Of a stretch of 64,000 nucleotides of DNA, positions 63,583 through 64,000 are shown one piece after another. The position numbers and the translations under genes were made by a program. How positions within the stretch are numbered: position 1 is the stretch's first letter; each line of letters begins with the position of its first letter. The notes under the pieces were generated by a model that saw nothing but the letters and a program-made list of their open reading frames with translations, was not told the origin of the DNA and ran no database searches. This DNA comes from Squalus acanthias (taxonomy: Eukaryota): the NCBI GenBank assembly GCA_030390025.1, contig CM059432.1, positions 101,062,001 through 101,126,000 of the forward strand, in the 5' to 3' direction.

Positions 63583-64000
63583 CATAGAGTTATACAGCAC
63601 AGAAAGAGGCCTTTCAGCCCATCGTGTCTAAGCCGGCCACCAAGCCCTGTCTATTCTAATCCCATTTTCCAGCACTTGGTCCATAGCCTTGTATGCTATG
63701 GCGTTTCAAGTGCTCATCTAAATGCTTCTTGAATGTTGTGAGGGTTCCTGCCTCTACCACCCTTTCAGGCAGTGAGTTCCAGATTCCAACCACCCTCTGG
63801 GTGAAAAAGTTTTTCCTCAAATCCCCTCTAAACCTCCTGCCCCTTACCTTGAAACTATGCCCCCTGGTTATTGACTCCACTACTAAGGGGAAAAGTTCCT
63901 TTCTATCTACCCTATCTATGCCCCTCATAATTTTGTACACCTCAATCAGGTCCCCCCTCAGCCTTCTCTGCTCTAAGGAAAACAACCCCAGCCTGTCCAG
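63583..64000 (-). mobile_element. CR1 3' end, runs off the window
   Basis: ORF 63656-63985 RRLRGDLIEVYKIM..GKWD plus 3' UTR. Confidence 0.92.

Overview
Eukaryotic, very repeat-dense DNA. The repeat types (CR1 LINEs with (ATTCTATG)n-type tails, L2, RTE, Penelope-derived hammerhead repeats, many PIF/Harbinger derivatives) point to a cartilaginous fish (shark-like); this is recognition by eye, not a database result. Almost every ORF in the track is a fragment, or the antisense shadow, of a decayed retrotransposon ORF2 or Harbinger gene. No host protein could be named. The window is a stack of nested insertions whose junctions and TSDs can often be read directly. Most notable: (i) a ~750-bp Harbinger-type MITE family (3 copies) whose internal hairpins show compensatory substitutions; (ii) two minimal type I hammerhead ribozymes in Penelope-derived fragments; (iii) an exact 31-bp inverted self-copy inside a Myb-bearing Harbinger derivative; (iv) a 1.2-kb solo LTR; (v) a nearly intact RTE ORF with an 11-bp TSD; (vi) a tentative minus-strand gene start near 62.7-63.6 kb. 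Boundaries of old LINE fragments are approximate (tens of bp); boundaries quoted with TSDs were read base by base.
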